Part shown: one piece after another, positions 1 to 13,060 of the stretch
Numbering within the stretch: position 1 is the stretch's first letter
How the letters are laid out: each line of letters opens with the position of its first letter
Assembly: GCA_002245135.1 (NCBI GenBank)
Contig: NGBS01000592.1
Location: 124,001-182,563, forward strand
Length of the DNA stretch: 58,563 bases
Reading direction: 5' to 3'
From: Proteromonas lacertae
Taxonomy: Eukaryota
Notes under the pieces: model-generated
Seen by the model: only the letters and a program-made list of their open reading frames with translations
Databases searched by the model: none
What the model was told of the DNA's origin: nothing
Position numbers and translations under genes: made by a program

Positions 1-823
1 TTCTAATGTCTCTTTTGGAACTTTATCTTGACTGTATATACTTCCTTCTATTAAATAGATTATATGATGAAGACCGCTATTCTTTAGTCTATATTTCTGC
101 TCATTATATCTTCCATCAAATATACTATGGATTAAATCATCACTTGTTTTTCTTTCTATTATATAATCTGTTAATATTTCTATTCCACTTCTTTTATCTT
201 TTATTATCCATTGATAATCTCCTAATGGTAATTGGCATGTTCTACAATTTATTTTTCGATTTAATAAATGAGTGTGGATATAAGTTCTATCTTCTTTACT
301 TCTCATTTCTCTATTATCTACTAATAATATCAATTCGAAATTATCTTTGATAATATTATTATTATCTTCTGAATAATCGTTTAATAAAGATATTGCACAT
401 TCATCGATTGGTAATACATATTCTGATTCAACTATTCTTTCCTTTTTATTCAGTCTTCTTCTCTTGGTTGTGTTTCTTACCTTTTTAATCACATTTTCAT
501 TATTCATATTATTCTCTTTATCACTTTCATTATCTTCCTCATCAACTATTCTATCTTTTATCATTTTAGATATTATTGAAGCATTCTGCATACCTATTCC
601 ATCTAAAAGAAGAGCATCTTCTTTTGATTCTATTGGGAGCGGATATCTAGATTAATTACATAATTTCTACATACAATGTAATTGATTTGATTATTTTCTT
701 ATAAGAATAGAGACTTTTTGAGAATGAAAAGACTTGGGATGAATTTAAAGTATGATATCTTTGAATCAATGAATCAACAATAAATTGGTTTTCTTTACAT
801 GAACAAATATAGGAGTGTTTCAT
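1..823 (-). CDS. MUS81: MUS81 structure-specific endonuclease (3' end outside window)
   Basis: Manual translation from ATG 823 across one short intron: N-terminal HhH-like YKKIIKSITLYPLPIESKEDALLLDGIG, then ERCC4 nuclease domain LLVDNRE...LPLGDYQW...YIIERKTSDDLIHSIFDGRYNEQKYRLKNSG...IYLIEG. Absent from the ORF track because it runs off the window. Confidence 0.93.
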
Positions 824-909
824 GGGATTTAAAATTTAAAATTCAAAAAAGTAACGAATATATTTCTATAAATTAGAGAAAAAACACATATAAACAGTAT
901 AAATAGTAT

Positions 910-2114
910 TTATTCAGAATTTAAAGTCTTAAACAGTAGGTACTTCTCTTTACACTCAGAATTCTGCTGAAGTTGTGTTATTTGTCTATTAAATTGAGAT
1001 TGTATATAAGAAATATCGTCATTCTGTTTGTGTAAATTGTAATGTATTTCACCCAATTTCGATAAGAAATTTAAATGTCTTTCTATTTATGATAAATACA
1101 ATAAAATTTCATAATATATACTTAGATTTGGTAAATTCGATTTAATAGGTTGTTGTTGTTGTTGTTGTTGATATTGTTTGTTAATATTTTCTTTATTATC
1201 ATTATTATTTATCATATTTATTTGATGAACTGATTGTGGAGATATATTATTTATATTATTCATTATTTCTATATTCTCTTTATCTTTATCTTTATCTTTA
1301 TCTTCTATTACCTCATTTTCTTCTTCATTCTCATTTTCTATTTCATTTTTTATTACTTCATTATTTCTGTTACTATTGCTATTATCATCAGATATTTCAA
1401 TATTATCTTCATCAAATAACAACTCTTTAGATATAGATGGACTAATATTACTACTATCACCCCATGTATAACTCGAATCTGATTGGCTATTTGGAAATAT
1501 TGAATAAAGTGAAGAAGATTTTGAAGAATTAGGAGAAATTCTTTTATCTATTGTAGGAGTTGTTTGAGTATAATTAACATTATTTTCTTGTGAATATATC
1601 ATATTTATATTTGATTCTTTGATATTGTCTAGTTGAGGTTGATATGGAGAATAATGAAGTGATTGAGGAGAAGTTGATTTTATATTTTTCATTGGAGTGG
1701 TTAGATTTACAGATTCAAAAGATTCATACTGGTTTTCTACCTCTATTTTTGTAACTTCATCTTCTTCAAGCAAATTTAGTGTTCCATATTCGATATAGCA
1801 ATAATTTTGGTTTGGTATCTATATTTTATTACGATTATATTTATATGAAATTAATACATAAGAATGTTTGAAGACAAACTCTTTTATTAGCTCATTGTAG
1901 TATTTTTCACTCTCAATGTATGTTGTACAATCATTATTGCTATTCTAAATATTTGTATAATATTATATACTAGATTTTCTAACATATGAAACATGAGAGA
2001 CATTTTTCTGAATAATAGTCTATTTAATTCTTCTAATTCTTGGATTCTAGAGCTCAAAAGTTGATTTTTTCTATTGTATTATAGTATAAATCCATACACA
2101 AAGAGATGATTCAT
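910..2114 (-). CDS. Unknown multi-exon protein, N/Q/E/S-rich low complexity
   Basis: ORF 1087-1773 plus flanking exons joined by short GT-AG introns; ATG at 2114 in A-rich context; TAA at 910-912. No recognisable domain. Confidence 0.6.
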
Positions 2115-2409
2115 TTTTAAATTTGAATTTCTCAAACAGGAAGTCAAACTTATATTATTAAATTGTATTTTTTACGTTATTAAATAAATATTTAAACTTA
2201 TAATTATGCAAATATAATATATTTGATAAAGCATTTTAATAATAGTAACAAAACAAATCATAAAATACTATTGCATTTCAATATTCCAGAATTCTTATTA
2301 TTATGCTGTTATTTTCCCTCTAACTTCCAAAAAAACAAAATTAAAAAGAAAATATATCAACAACAATAACATTCGAAAAAGATAATTATATAAATTCTAT
2401 TATATATTT

Positions 2410-3984
2410 TTATTGAAATAAGCGTTTTTCATAACTATGAAGACTATGAATTCCAGCTTCCTTTTGTGCTGCTGAACTTCTAATTTCACATCTCAAAGTC
2501 TTATTTTCACGTTTAACACTCAATTCACTAACACTTTTCACACCTAAATCTTGTAACCCATGTCTAATTCCTTGAATTAAATATAATATGTAAGTATTCA
2601 TTGAACCTTTATCAACTACAGATCCTGTCACTCCTTGCGCAACTTTTACAGCTGATCCAATTGCGAAATATCTCACATCGCTACCTTTCGTCATTGCTTC
2701 TACACTTCCCATTCCTCTATATTTCTTTAATCTAACACCATCTTGGAAGAAATACTCTCCTGGAGCTTCTTCTGTTCCTGCTAATAAACTACCCATCATC
2801 ACTGTACTAGCACCTAATGCTAAAGCTTTAGTGATATGACCTGGGTTAGATATACCACCATCTGCTATTACTGGTATTCCAAATTGTCTTGCATATTTTG
2901 CTACATGATATACTGCACTTGCTTGAGCTCTTCCTACTGCACATACTTCTTGAGTTGTACAGATTGAACCAACTCCCATTCCGATTTTTAAACCATCACA
3001 ACCTGCATTGATTAAATTTGCTGCTTGCATACGAGTGACTACATTACCAGCGACTACATCAATCTCTTTATGATTAGTTTTGAGATATTTAATCATGTCA
3101 ATTTGATACTTTGAATTGCCTTGTGATGAATCAATCACTAACACATCAACTCCAGCTTTAATTAATTCATCAGCTCGATGATAATCAGATTGTCTTGTAC
3201 CAATACTTGCACCAACAATTAAACGATTACTGCTGTCTAAATTGGCATGTGGGAAATCTACTGCTTTTCTTATATCTTTTACTGATACTAATGACACTAA
3301 TAAATTATTGTCATTAATGACTGGTAATTTGCTTCTTTTTTCTTCAGTTAATATTTCATTAGCTTTTTTTAAGGTTATTCCTTCTTTAGCTACTGTTAAT
3401 TTTTCTAATTTTGTCATCACTTTGTCAACTGTTGTTTTAGGATCTTCTACGAAGAAATAATCTCTTAAAGTGACTAAACCAACAAGTGGAGTTGATAAAG
3501 TACCATCTTCAGTTACAGGAAAACTTGAAAAACCTAATTTGGTTGATTTTTCTTTTAATTGAGATACTGTGGTAGTTGGAGCAACAACGACTGGATCAAT
3601 AATGAAACCATTACGGTATTTTTTGACTTTGGATACTTCTTTCACTTGTTCTTCGACTGGCATATTGTAATGGATGATACCAAGACCTCCATTCAACGCC
3701 ATGGCAATAGCCATCTTTGATTCAGTAACTGTATCCATAGGAGCAGAAACAAGAGGAACATTCAACTTGATATGTCTTGTGAAGTGACTTGTGAGATCTA
3801 CATTTTCAGTTCCAAAGTCAATATATCCAGGTAACATGATAAGATCATCATAAGTGTAAGCAACACATCCTTTGTTTGTTTCAAAAACAAATTCGAAAGA
3901 ATATCCATCAGCTCCCTATTTTCATGATAGATTAATGTAAAATACATCAACTGGAACTATTGAATTGACATCAGGAGAAGCCAT
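2410..3984 (-). CDS. IMPDH: Inosine-5'-monophosphate dehydrogenase
   Basis: PLVSAPMDTVTE, CBS pair, catalytic GMGVGSICTTQE, KKYRGMGS. The true start is ATG 3984, with one 30-nt intron (GTATTTTACA...GAAAATAG) before the ORF-track start. Confidence 0.98.
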
Positions 3985-4171
3985 AACTTTAAAAATTGAT
4001 TAAAATCAAAAAATGCAAAAAATTTGTTTGGCTTGAGATGCAAAAATGCAGATTTAATAATTTTGTTAATTTTGATAATTTTCTGAATTCTACGGAAATT
4101 TCTTTTGTTTACACCATTTATATTATGATAACAACAACGTATATATAACTTATAAACTAAAATCTAACGAA

Positions 4172-4307
4172 TTGGAGTATATCCCTTCTAACCCCAAATT
4201 AATGGGCCACTGGATATAAATATTCCAAAACTAGGATGACAAATAATGGCTTATATGATACAAACTTTTCGTAAGTTTTATTATATGAATTTCATTAGTT
4301 TGTCTGA
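4172..4307 (+). ncRNA. Candidate structured ncRNA (5' hairpin + box C/D-closed long hairpin)
   Basis: Two long imperfect hairpins in an intergenic gap; AGGATGA...CTGA closes the GACAAA/TTTGTC stem; G-U wobbles favour the + strand. Confidence 0.45.
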
Positions 4308-4448
4308 GATATTCTTACTATGATACATTGTTTCATTTTTGTATCATCTTTTACTTATCATACATTTCATTATACTTATATTTTTATAGATAAATAAGAA
4401 AACTTCATAAATAGAAATGATTAATTTAGCTTATTCATTTAATTAATG

Positions 4449-5344
4449 TTACTTTATATTATCAATAAGATGATCTAAGCAGTGATCCATGTAAGACTGA
4501 TCATCATCTTCTTTTTCAAAAGAATTAACAACATCATGTATATATTTTGACCAAGTATCATTTATTACTTCTATTCTATTCTCAATCTATTTATATATAT
4601 TAAAAAAAAATAATCATATTTATACCTTAATCGTCTCATTTACTATATTGTCAATGTAATTACTTGAAAATTCTTCTACTATTGTATCATTAGTAACTGT
4701 GGGTAAAGGACGAAGTTCCTGTAAATTGGGAAAATATCTTTTTGAATTAAATCTCTCTTCTGGTAATATATCTTCTCTATTGATTGTGTTTAGGAAAGGG
4801 AAGTAATGAATCATAAATAATCTGAACAACTTACAATGAGTAATTGTATTACCATCTAATGAGACTTCTATACTAGTTAATTGATGACTGAATGTATTAA
4901 TAAACTCCAATTGTTTAAAATCATTAATATTTGCATTAGAAAATGATAATGCAGTTAAACACTTGTATCTTTTTAATTTATTGATGTGTTGATGTATAAA
5001 ATGAATATCATTATTTTCAAATATAATATGAGTAATATAATCAGGATAAGAATCATTACTTAATTGAACAAACTGTTCAGAACCAATAAATAAATCTTTT
5101 GATTTCATTTTTCCTGTATTTTGCTGCTGTGTTTGTTGTGGTTGTAATTGTTGAGTTACTGTTGGAGTTGTATTTCTTTTTAATAGTCTATTCAGTGGTT
5201 TAGGTGACATTGTTTGTGTATTGATTTGAGTTTGGAATTTATTTTCATTATTATTATCACTTTGAAGTGTTTTTTGAAATGCATTGACTGGCGATGGTTG
5301 TGGTTGAAGAGGTGGTTGTGATTGTTGCTGTTGAGACAATTGAA

Positions 5345-5375
<31 letters not shown>

Positions 5376-7232
5376 TGGCTGTTCTTGACTTGGAGGAGGT
5401 ATTGGATTAATTGAAGATGAAGAAGGTGGATATGGAACTTTTGTATTAACATTTATTGTAGTGATTTTAGGAGGTTTACCTGATGGCTGTTGTGGTTGTT
5501 GAAATGCAACTGTAGGAGTAGTTGATTCTGTATTAATATCTGGTGAATTTGATGTAATAGTTGTTATTGAAGTGGAAGTTAATAATTTCTTATGAGTATT
5601 TTGAGTTGGTGATTGATGTATTGGCGTAATGATATTATTTGGATTTCTATTCTTATTCGGAGAATGAGTAAATCCTAATGAAGTGGATCTACCATTGTTT
5701 GGATTGATATTACTATTCTCTTTTATATAATTATTCAATTGTTCTCTTTGTGATGAAGCTGATGATGGATGAGATATCTAATCATAATAATTAAAATATA
5801 TATATATATATAATATTACGTGTTTAGTTGTTACTATACTAGTAGCTCTTCTTCTTTCTTCCTCATTTATTTCAATACTATCTAATACTTTAATCTGTTG
5901 AAATGATAAAATCAATTGATATCTATAATATTTTATAGAACATAATGGATTTCCTTCCAATGATATATCTGATAGAGTTGTGATACTTTGTAATGGATTT
6001 AGTCTTTGAATTGTGGCGATTTTATTCTCAGATAAATATAATCTCTGTAATCTTGGTAATAATGGCATTCCTTCACATTTACCTATGAAATTCTTCTTTA
6101 AATTCAATTCAATTAATGATATTAAAGAATCAAATCCTGAAATTGAATTTATTTTATTTCCTGCTAAATTTAATACACGTAATAGAGTCAAACTATCAAG
6201 TTCATTAACCTAAATATATATAATATAAAATAAATAAATAATAATTATACCATTTCTATTTCATTACTATGTAAATCTAATACATCCAACTGTGTTAATT
6301 CTTTTAAACCACTAATTGATTTTATTCTATTTTTACCTAACATCAATACTCTTAATTGTGTTAAATGATTTAAACCTTCAATTTTCTTTATTCCATTATC
6401 ATACAAATCTAAATATACTAAATTATGCAAATAGATTGTATTTTCAATTACTTCAATGTTATTGTGCTCTAATGATAATACTTTTAACTGTTCAGCATCT
6501 GTTATTATTGGAAAAGTCTACCAAAATAATATATATATATATATATACTTTCATATCTCTATTTTCCAACTTCATTTTTTCAGATTCTTTATCTGGTTTT
6601 TCTTTATTTCTTTTGATTAATATTTGATTTGGATAATTTGGATTTCTTAAATAATAAATCCCATTTTCTTGATCATGATTTAATATTTGAAATCCTTTGT
6701 CTCTTTCCTTTTGAATACTCGGATTTGCAGATTCACGATTTGATTGCACCGGAGTTGTTGATCTGGTTGAATTAACTGAAGCAGAATGGGATTGAGGTCT
6801 ATATGTTCGTGTATATTTATTCGGTAGAGAAACGGGAGGATAACCTTCACTACTTTTAGGTCGAAAGTATGTTTTGGGTGTTTGTTCCTGAAAATTATAT
6901 ATTAAAAGAATAGTAATACTTTGAATGAAGTGGTTAAATCTACAACATGTGGAGCTGATTTTTCTTTTGGCTTTCTTAAAAATCCTATTGTCTTTCTCAA
7001 CTACATCTCATTATGAAATCATATATACTTGTTGTTGTAATGTTGCTGCTTCTGCGGGGAAGCTATATTCATATTCTTTTCTTCCAGAAGGATCTTAATA
7101 TACAATAATCAACAAATTTATACTAGGAGGTGTTTCACTTATCGGTATTATTTTCGGAATGCCTTGCTGACGTTGTAAACTATGTCTACGAGCGTCAAAA
7201 ATGGCGTGGTATGGAGCACTTTTTGAATCCAT
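4449..7232 (-). CDS. LRRC49: LRRC49-like leucine-rich repeat protein
   Basis: SDS22-type LRRs LVYLDLYDN...LRVLMLGKNRI...LDVLDLHSNEI...LRVLNLAGN...LQRLYLSEN, LRRcap GNPLCSIKYYR, Q/N-rich linker, second LRR patch with GN...FRLFMIH; several short introns. Confidence 0.8.
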
Positions 7233-7274
7233 TTTAAAATTTATATTCGTTTCATTCAAAATAGAATTTAAAAA

Positions 7275-8614
7275 ACGCAGAAACAAGGCTATTCTTACCT
7301 TGATATCAATTCAAAATGTTTTGCTTTAACTTACAAATGTGTTGGTATATACTTTACTCTTATAATATTTAAAGATGGTGTTATTAATATGGATTTGTGT
7401 GATGGTTCAAACTATTACAAAGGTCAAATCGATTCTAAAGAAATGCCTCAAAATGTATGAGTAATAATGTGATTATATCTAGTTATCATTTTCAGATTCT
7501 GAATATTTAAACCATTTATTACATTCATTAGATCCTTATAATTCTGATGAATATTCGTATATCTATATATTCGAGATATTTAATTTTATGATTAATAGAT
7601 TATCTACAGATGAATCAGGTGAAAACTTAGTATTTCAGATACATCTTCAATTAGCAGGAATGTCGGTTAAATTATCATCTATTATATGTTATCTATATTC
7701 CCATTCCTCATTAGATTATTTAAAATCATTAATAAACCAATGTAACTCACTTGAAAGTGAATTGGAAGAGACAAAAAAGAAATATGAAGAAATATCAGTA
7801 TATTAAAAGAATGAATTATAATTATAGAATACATATAGATCAACCAAGAAACTATTAGATGACTCAATAAAGAAAAAAGTGGAAAATGAAAGAATATTGA
7901 TGATAAAATATATGAAATTATTAAATGAAAAGAAAGATAGTGTAGAAAGAATCAATAAAACTTCAGAAGAAGAAGATCGTATATTTAATATTAATTGATT
8001 GTTATTATTAAATAGAATATGAATCCTTATCTGAAGATAGTGATACAAATGTAGATCCTGATCCCATCCCATCAATAATAACATCATCATCACAAGAGTT
8101 ATTATCATTATTAAATACCAATACAAATGTTCAGAAAAGAACTAGAAAATATATGCCTCCACCTCAACAACAACAACAACAACAGACAATCTCTGATAAT
8201 ATAAAGACATTAAAAGATTTAGAAGAATCACCTCCAAAGAAAAGAACTCGAATAAGAAAGAATATGAATAAAGAAATAGAAAAACAAAAAGAATATGATG
8301 AGAGTGAATTACTTTCTCAATTAGATAAGAAGGAGAGTAGTAGTAATAATAGTGTAGGTAGTAATTATTCATCATTAATGAGTGAAGATGATACACAAGA
8401 TGCTACACAGATAATTGCAGTTGAAAATAAACCATTAAGTGATGAAACTACTCAAAGTGTGGAAGGAATGTCGTTAAGTTCGTTACCAACTCAAGTGATT
8501 AGTGTTTCACAGAGTGGACCTCCTCCTAATAATGTTAATAGTAATTCAACTCAAGATAAGAAGAAATCGGGTGAAATAAGCCAAATACCTGAGGATCTAT
8601 TTAGTTTATTGTGA
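7275..8614 (+). CDS. XRCC4: XRCC4-like NHEJ protein (start codon uncertain)
   Basis: Spliced translation gives a head-like segment (INMDLCDGSNYYKGQID), a coiled coil with KKVENERILMIKYMKLLNEKK (XRCC4 'LNEKK' motif) and a disordered S/Q-rich tail. Confidence 0.6.
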
Positions 8615-8727
8615 GATGTGCAATTGTTTTTTGTTCTATGAAAGAAATATTTGTTGAAAAAATAGATAGGTTTGAATTATTAGTTTGATAGTTCAAAAAA
8701 TATTCGTTTCATAAAAGTTGGTTTTTA

Positions 8728-11132
8728 ATGAATAAGACGAAGAGTTTATTATTTCCCGAATCAAATTATCTAAAAGTTAATAATTTGAGGAAAAGAATAG
8801 ATTTAGCACTCAAAGAAACCTATAAGTACATAGATGAAAAAGAAAGTGAATTACAACCTGAGCTAAAGAATGAAACATTGCCACACCATGTAGAAGCCAC
8901 TTTTGCAACATCAAATAGATGTATATTTTATGAGTGTTATTTAATAGCAATTCAAAGCACTTCTTATGGTAGCATGCCATGTGATCATATAAATCCAAAA
9001 CCTAAAAAGCCAGCTGCTCTTTTTCAAACACCAGAAAGAATGGATTTAAGTAAGAAATTAAACAAATCAAAATCTCAAACAATGACACCATTGAGAACAC
9101 CACCAAAATCTCCAGCTAAAACTCCAATTCAATATGACAGATATAAATTCAGAAGTAAAAGAAATAACCGAGGAAATGATCAAATTGATGGAATAAGTAG
9201 AAGATGGAAAAGGCAATTACTACATTTAACATTTATATTCGTATAATAAATACTAATAATATAATTAAATAAAATAGTGGAAATTTACAACACAACACAG
9301 AATCAAAGCTAGAGAAAGTATAATCTCCTATTTAGACTGTAAAAACAAATACAATACAATGAGAAAACTATTTTTACAGTGGAAAATAAATACTAAAGAA
9401 CATCGTTTAGAATTCAATAAAAAAAGTAATTTATATTATATGCAAAATCAATCTGAATTTAAACAAAGATTTAATACTAAATATGATGTATTAAAGAAAG
9501 AATATAGAAGTGTATTAAATGAATTAGACAAAGAGAAATCTGAAAAAGATAGATATTACCGATTAGCTGAGTATATTCAATTGGAAGTAGATGCTTTAGT
9601 AAAAGATAAAACAATTAATGCAATTAATCTAAATAAACTTGTATAATATTATTTATATTTTTATATTTTTTATATCTATCTATATATAGAAAACGAATGA
9701 ATTAGTTGTTACACTTGTTAATGCAGTTGATGATAATATCAATCGTCAAAAAATAGACACATTAAATGATGAAATTACGGATTATATTAACACCACATTT
9801 GACTTTATCAAAACAGCATTAGATGAATTATTAAATACAGATTATTACGATCCTTATCAATTATTAAATCCATTTGAACTATCACAGTGTAGAATATGGA
9901 GTGAAAACCCAATAGAAGAAACAATGGAATATAAAGAACCTGATTCTCCATCTTCTACTTCTACAAAATCATTTGATTTTAATGATATTTCTTCATCTTC
10001 TCCATCTCCTTCTAATTCTTCTTCTCCTTCTCCTACACATAATAAAAAGACACACACTCCGATTGATACACCACGACATTCACATAAACAAAGTCATTCA
10101 CGATGTCATACTCCTCGACACTTATATCCAACACCAATACCTAAATCTAAACTAAAGAAATTATATTTTCCAAAAGCTTTGAATATGGAAAGTTATTATA
10201 CAATCATAAATGATGAGAAAGTATGTATCAATACAAATATAGCGAATGGAATATTGAATGATTTGGCTGTTGATGATATATTATTGAGATGGTTTAATTT
10301 ACATTTATTAAGATCAGGAAATGCTAAACCTACAATGGGTTTAATTGGTGGTTCAATAAATGAATCTTTACCGAATTATGCATATTTATTGTGTGAATTA
10401 AGACATAAACTGTCAAGTATATTATATTAATAATTTATATATTCTATTTTAGAAAGATTAATTCATTCTTTAAAACAATTTCAAAAAGATGATGTATATA
10501 AATCCGAACTAGTTTCAAACATCTTAAGAATCTCCATCAAAGAAACAGATAGTGATGTAATTAAGATGTTTAGAAATGAATCACTAATCAATGGTGAACC
10601 GTATGTACATAGAATATTTGTAGGTGAATTATTTTCTCATTTTCCAAGTCTTTTAAGAATTCATAGACAAGAATTGTCATTATATGAAAAATATCATAAA
10701 TCACTTGTATATATATATTATTATTTATATTAATAGAATGAATGGCAATATCTTCAGTCAGCTAAAGAACAACTCGAGGAAGCTCATAGAAAATTGAGAT
10801 TCTTAGCAACTCAATTGGCTGTAGAACCTAACAATCCTTTATTCAAAAAAGAAGAGAAATATTGGCAAGAAAAGAGAGATAATTATTATATGAGGTTGAA
10901 TAAGATGTGTGCTGAGATTTTGTCAATTCAAAGAACGTATTTGACAGTGAAGAAGTATGCAATCGTTGGGAATGATATGATGGAGGAATTATTGATGAAA
11001 GTGAAGAGTGATAGTTTGAAGACGTTGTATACTATCTTAACTAGAAAAGAAGAAAGTGGATTCTATAAGGATGTATCAACACAGACAAATGATATAAATG
11101 TTTCTCAACTCAATATTAAAAAGGTAGCATAA
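8728..11132 (+). CDS. Unknown coiled-coil protein with calponin-homology-like segment
   Basis: ORFs 8728-9246, 9359-9646, 9924-10430 and 10794-11132 are separated by short introns; DDILLRWFNLHL resembles the start of a fimbrin/plastin-type CH domain. Confidence 0.6.
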
Positions 11133-11266
11133 TTTAAATTTTATGTACATAATTTCAATTTTTGTTATATATAAGGAATTTCAAGTTTAAATAAGCATAA
11201 TTGAAGAGAAGAAAAATAGAATAAGTAATAACGGATATATTTTCATAATCTTTTCTATTTTTCTAA

Positions 11267-12923
11267 ATGGGATTATTTTGGAAAGTATAATTATTAATTT
11301 ATGCTAATATGATCTAGTTTGTTGAAATGACTGTAATTGCTCAACCAGCATGGCTAGAAAGCATATTGATGAAGTATTCTAGTCTTTTTCACTTACCTTT
11401 TGACCAAGTATTCATTATTATATTTTGATAATAGGTGAAATTGCTATTGGTTATATTGTTATCTTACCCTTTGGCATATTTTCACTCCAAGATGAGTTGC
11501 AGTCCATTAAAACATTTCATATCATTTTTAGTTGGGATATTGTTTTTACAGTTCATAGTTGGTTCAGAGTATACCCAATCATTTATAATTTTCAAAATTA
11601 TAGATATGTTCATGCAATAATCATGACAGTCATAGCTTATATATGCTTAGTGTTCCCTTACAAACGTAGTCCAAATGTTGTATTTGTAGCAGCTATGCTT
11701 TACCTATTCGGAATTCACTTATATCGTTACATATATGATTTTGGATCTTATAGAATAGATGTAAGTGGAACAATCATGATATTAGTTATAAAAGTCTCTT
11801 CAATTGCTTACAATTATTTAGATGGAACAATTCATTTCAATGAAACTAATCAAAAAGCAAAAGAAGGAGGTAAAAAGAATGTAGAGTATATTAGGAAGAG
11901 CAGAATATGCAATTTCTAAAATGCCATCTCCAGTTGAATATTTTGGATATATGTTTTATTTTCCTCAAATTATAGCTGGTCCATCCTGTGAATATAAAGG
12001 TATATATATATATATATATTATTTTTATTTTTATTATAGTATATATGAGAGCAATGGAACATGATTATAAAAATAGACAAATACCTCCAAGATCAGAAGC
12101 TGTAATAAAATGCATATTATTTTCATTAGTTGGAGCTGTAATGTATTTACTTGGAGGATTATATTATCCAACTTCCAAATTAATAGATTCTGATTTCTTA
12201 AAGAATTCATCTTATTTAGAATATGTTTTATTTTTGAATTTAGCTGCAACATTTATTAGAGGTAAGATATTATTTCTGTTGGTATTTATCCAGTGGTGCT
12301 TGTATAATGGGAGGATTGGGATATGAATATGAAGAAAACGATAAAAATTTAAATGGAAATTGGAATTATATAATAAACTGTGATATGGTAAATTTAGAAA
12401 TATCAACCAGTCTTAGAGATGTAACAAGATTATGGAATATGACAACTCAGAATTGGTTAAGTCATTATGTTTATAGTAGAACTAATAACAGTATGGTGGC
12501 TGTATATGTTTCATCAGCTATGTGGCATGGGTTTTATTTTGGTTATTATTTATTCTTTATTAGTGCTGGTGTTGGACAATTTGTTGAAAGAAGTATTTTA
12601 TATATTTTTTTTATTTATTTATTTATTTATAAATAGTTCGTTTCAGAAAAATATATCCAAGATGTAAAGATAATAAAGTGTTGTTATATGTTTATAATAT
12701 CTATGGATGGTTTAGATCTGTATTGTTTATTAATTACCTATGTTCATCCTTTGTTGTATATATATATAACAATTATATGTATTATGTATTTTAGTTATTG
12801 ACAATTCCAGCATCTCATTTGGTGTTTAGAAAGTTATATTATTATTTCCATATCATTGTATTAATTGAATATATAGTTTTATCATTCATACCTAATGTTA
12901 GAAAAGAAAAGAAAGTTGAATAA
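11267..12923 (+). CDS. MBOAT-family lysophospholipid acyltransferase (LPCAT/Ale1-like); two apparent +1 frameshifts
   Basis: DVSGTIMILVIK, PSPVEYFGYMFYFP...AGP, YYFCWYLSSGACIMGGLGY, WNMTTQNWL..YVY.R, catalytic SAMWHGFYFGYY, C-terminal KKVE ER-retrieval signal. Confidence 0.92.
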
Positions 12924-13060
12924 CCAAGATTAATTACATATTATTTTTATTTTTTTAAAGTATTTGTATTGCACAATTATAAATAATCCATTAAAAGAAA
13001 AAACAAACCAAAAATATATATTATACAAATAAATAACAAGTATGTTATAAATATCAGGAA

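Noticed and set aside
4240..4295. Purine-riboswitch-like words (CATATAAT...AAGTTT) on the minus strand upstream of IMPDH
   Set aside because: No P2/P3 stems or kissing loops, wrong spacing, and the wobble pairs favour the opposite strand.
12255..12326. Euplotes-style stop-codon-triggered +1 frameshifting as the cause of frame breaks
   Set aside because: In MBOAT the conserved YYFCWYLSSGAC motif requires the shift about 60 nt before the stop, so it is not stop-driven.
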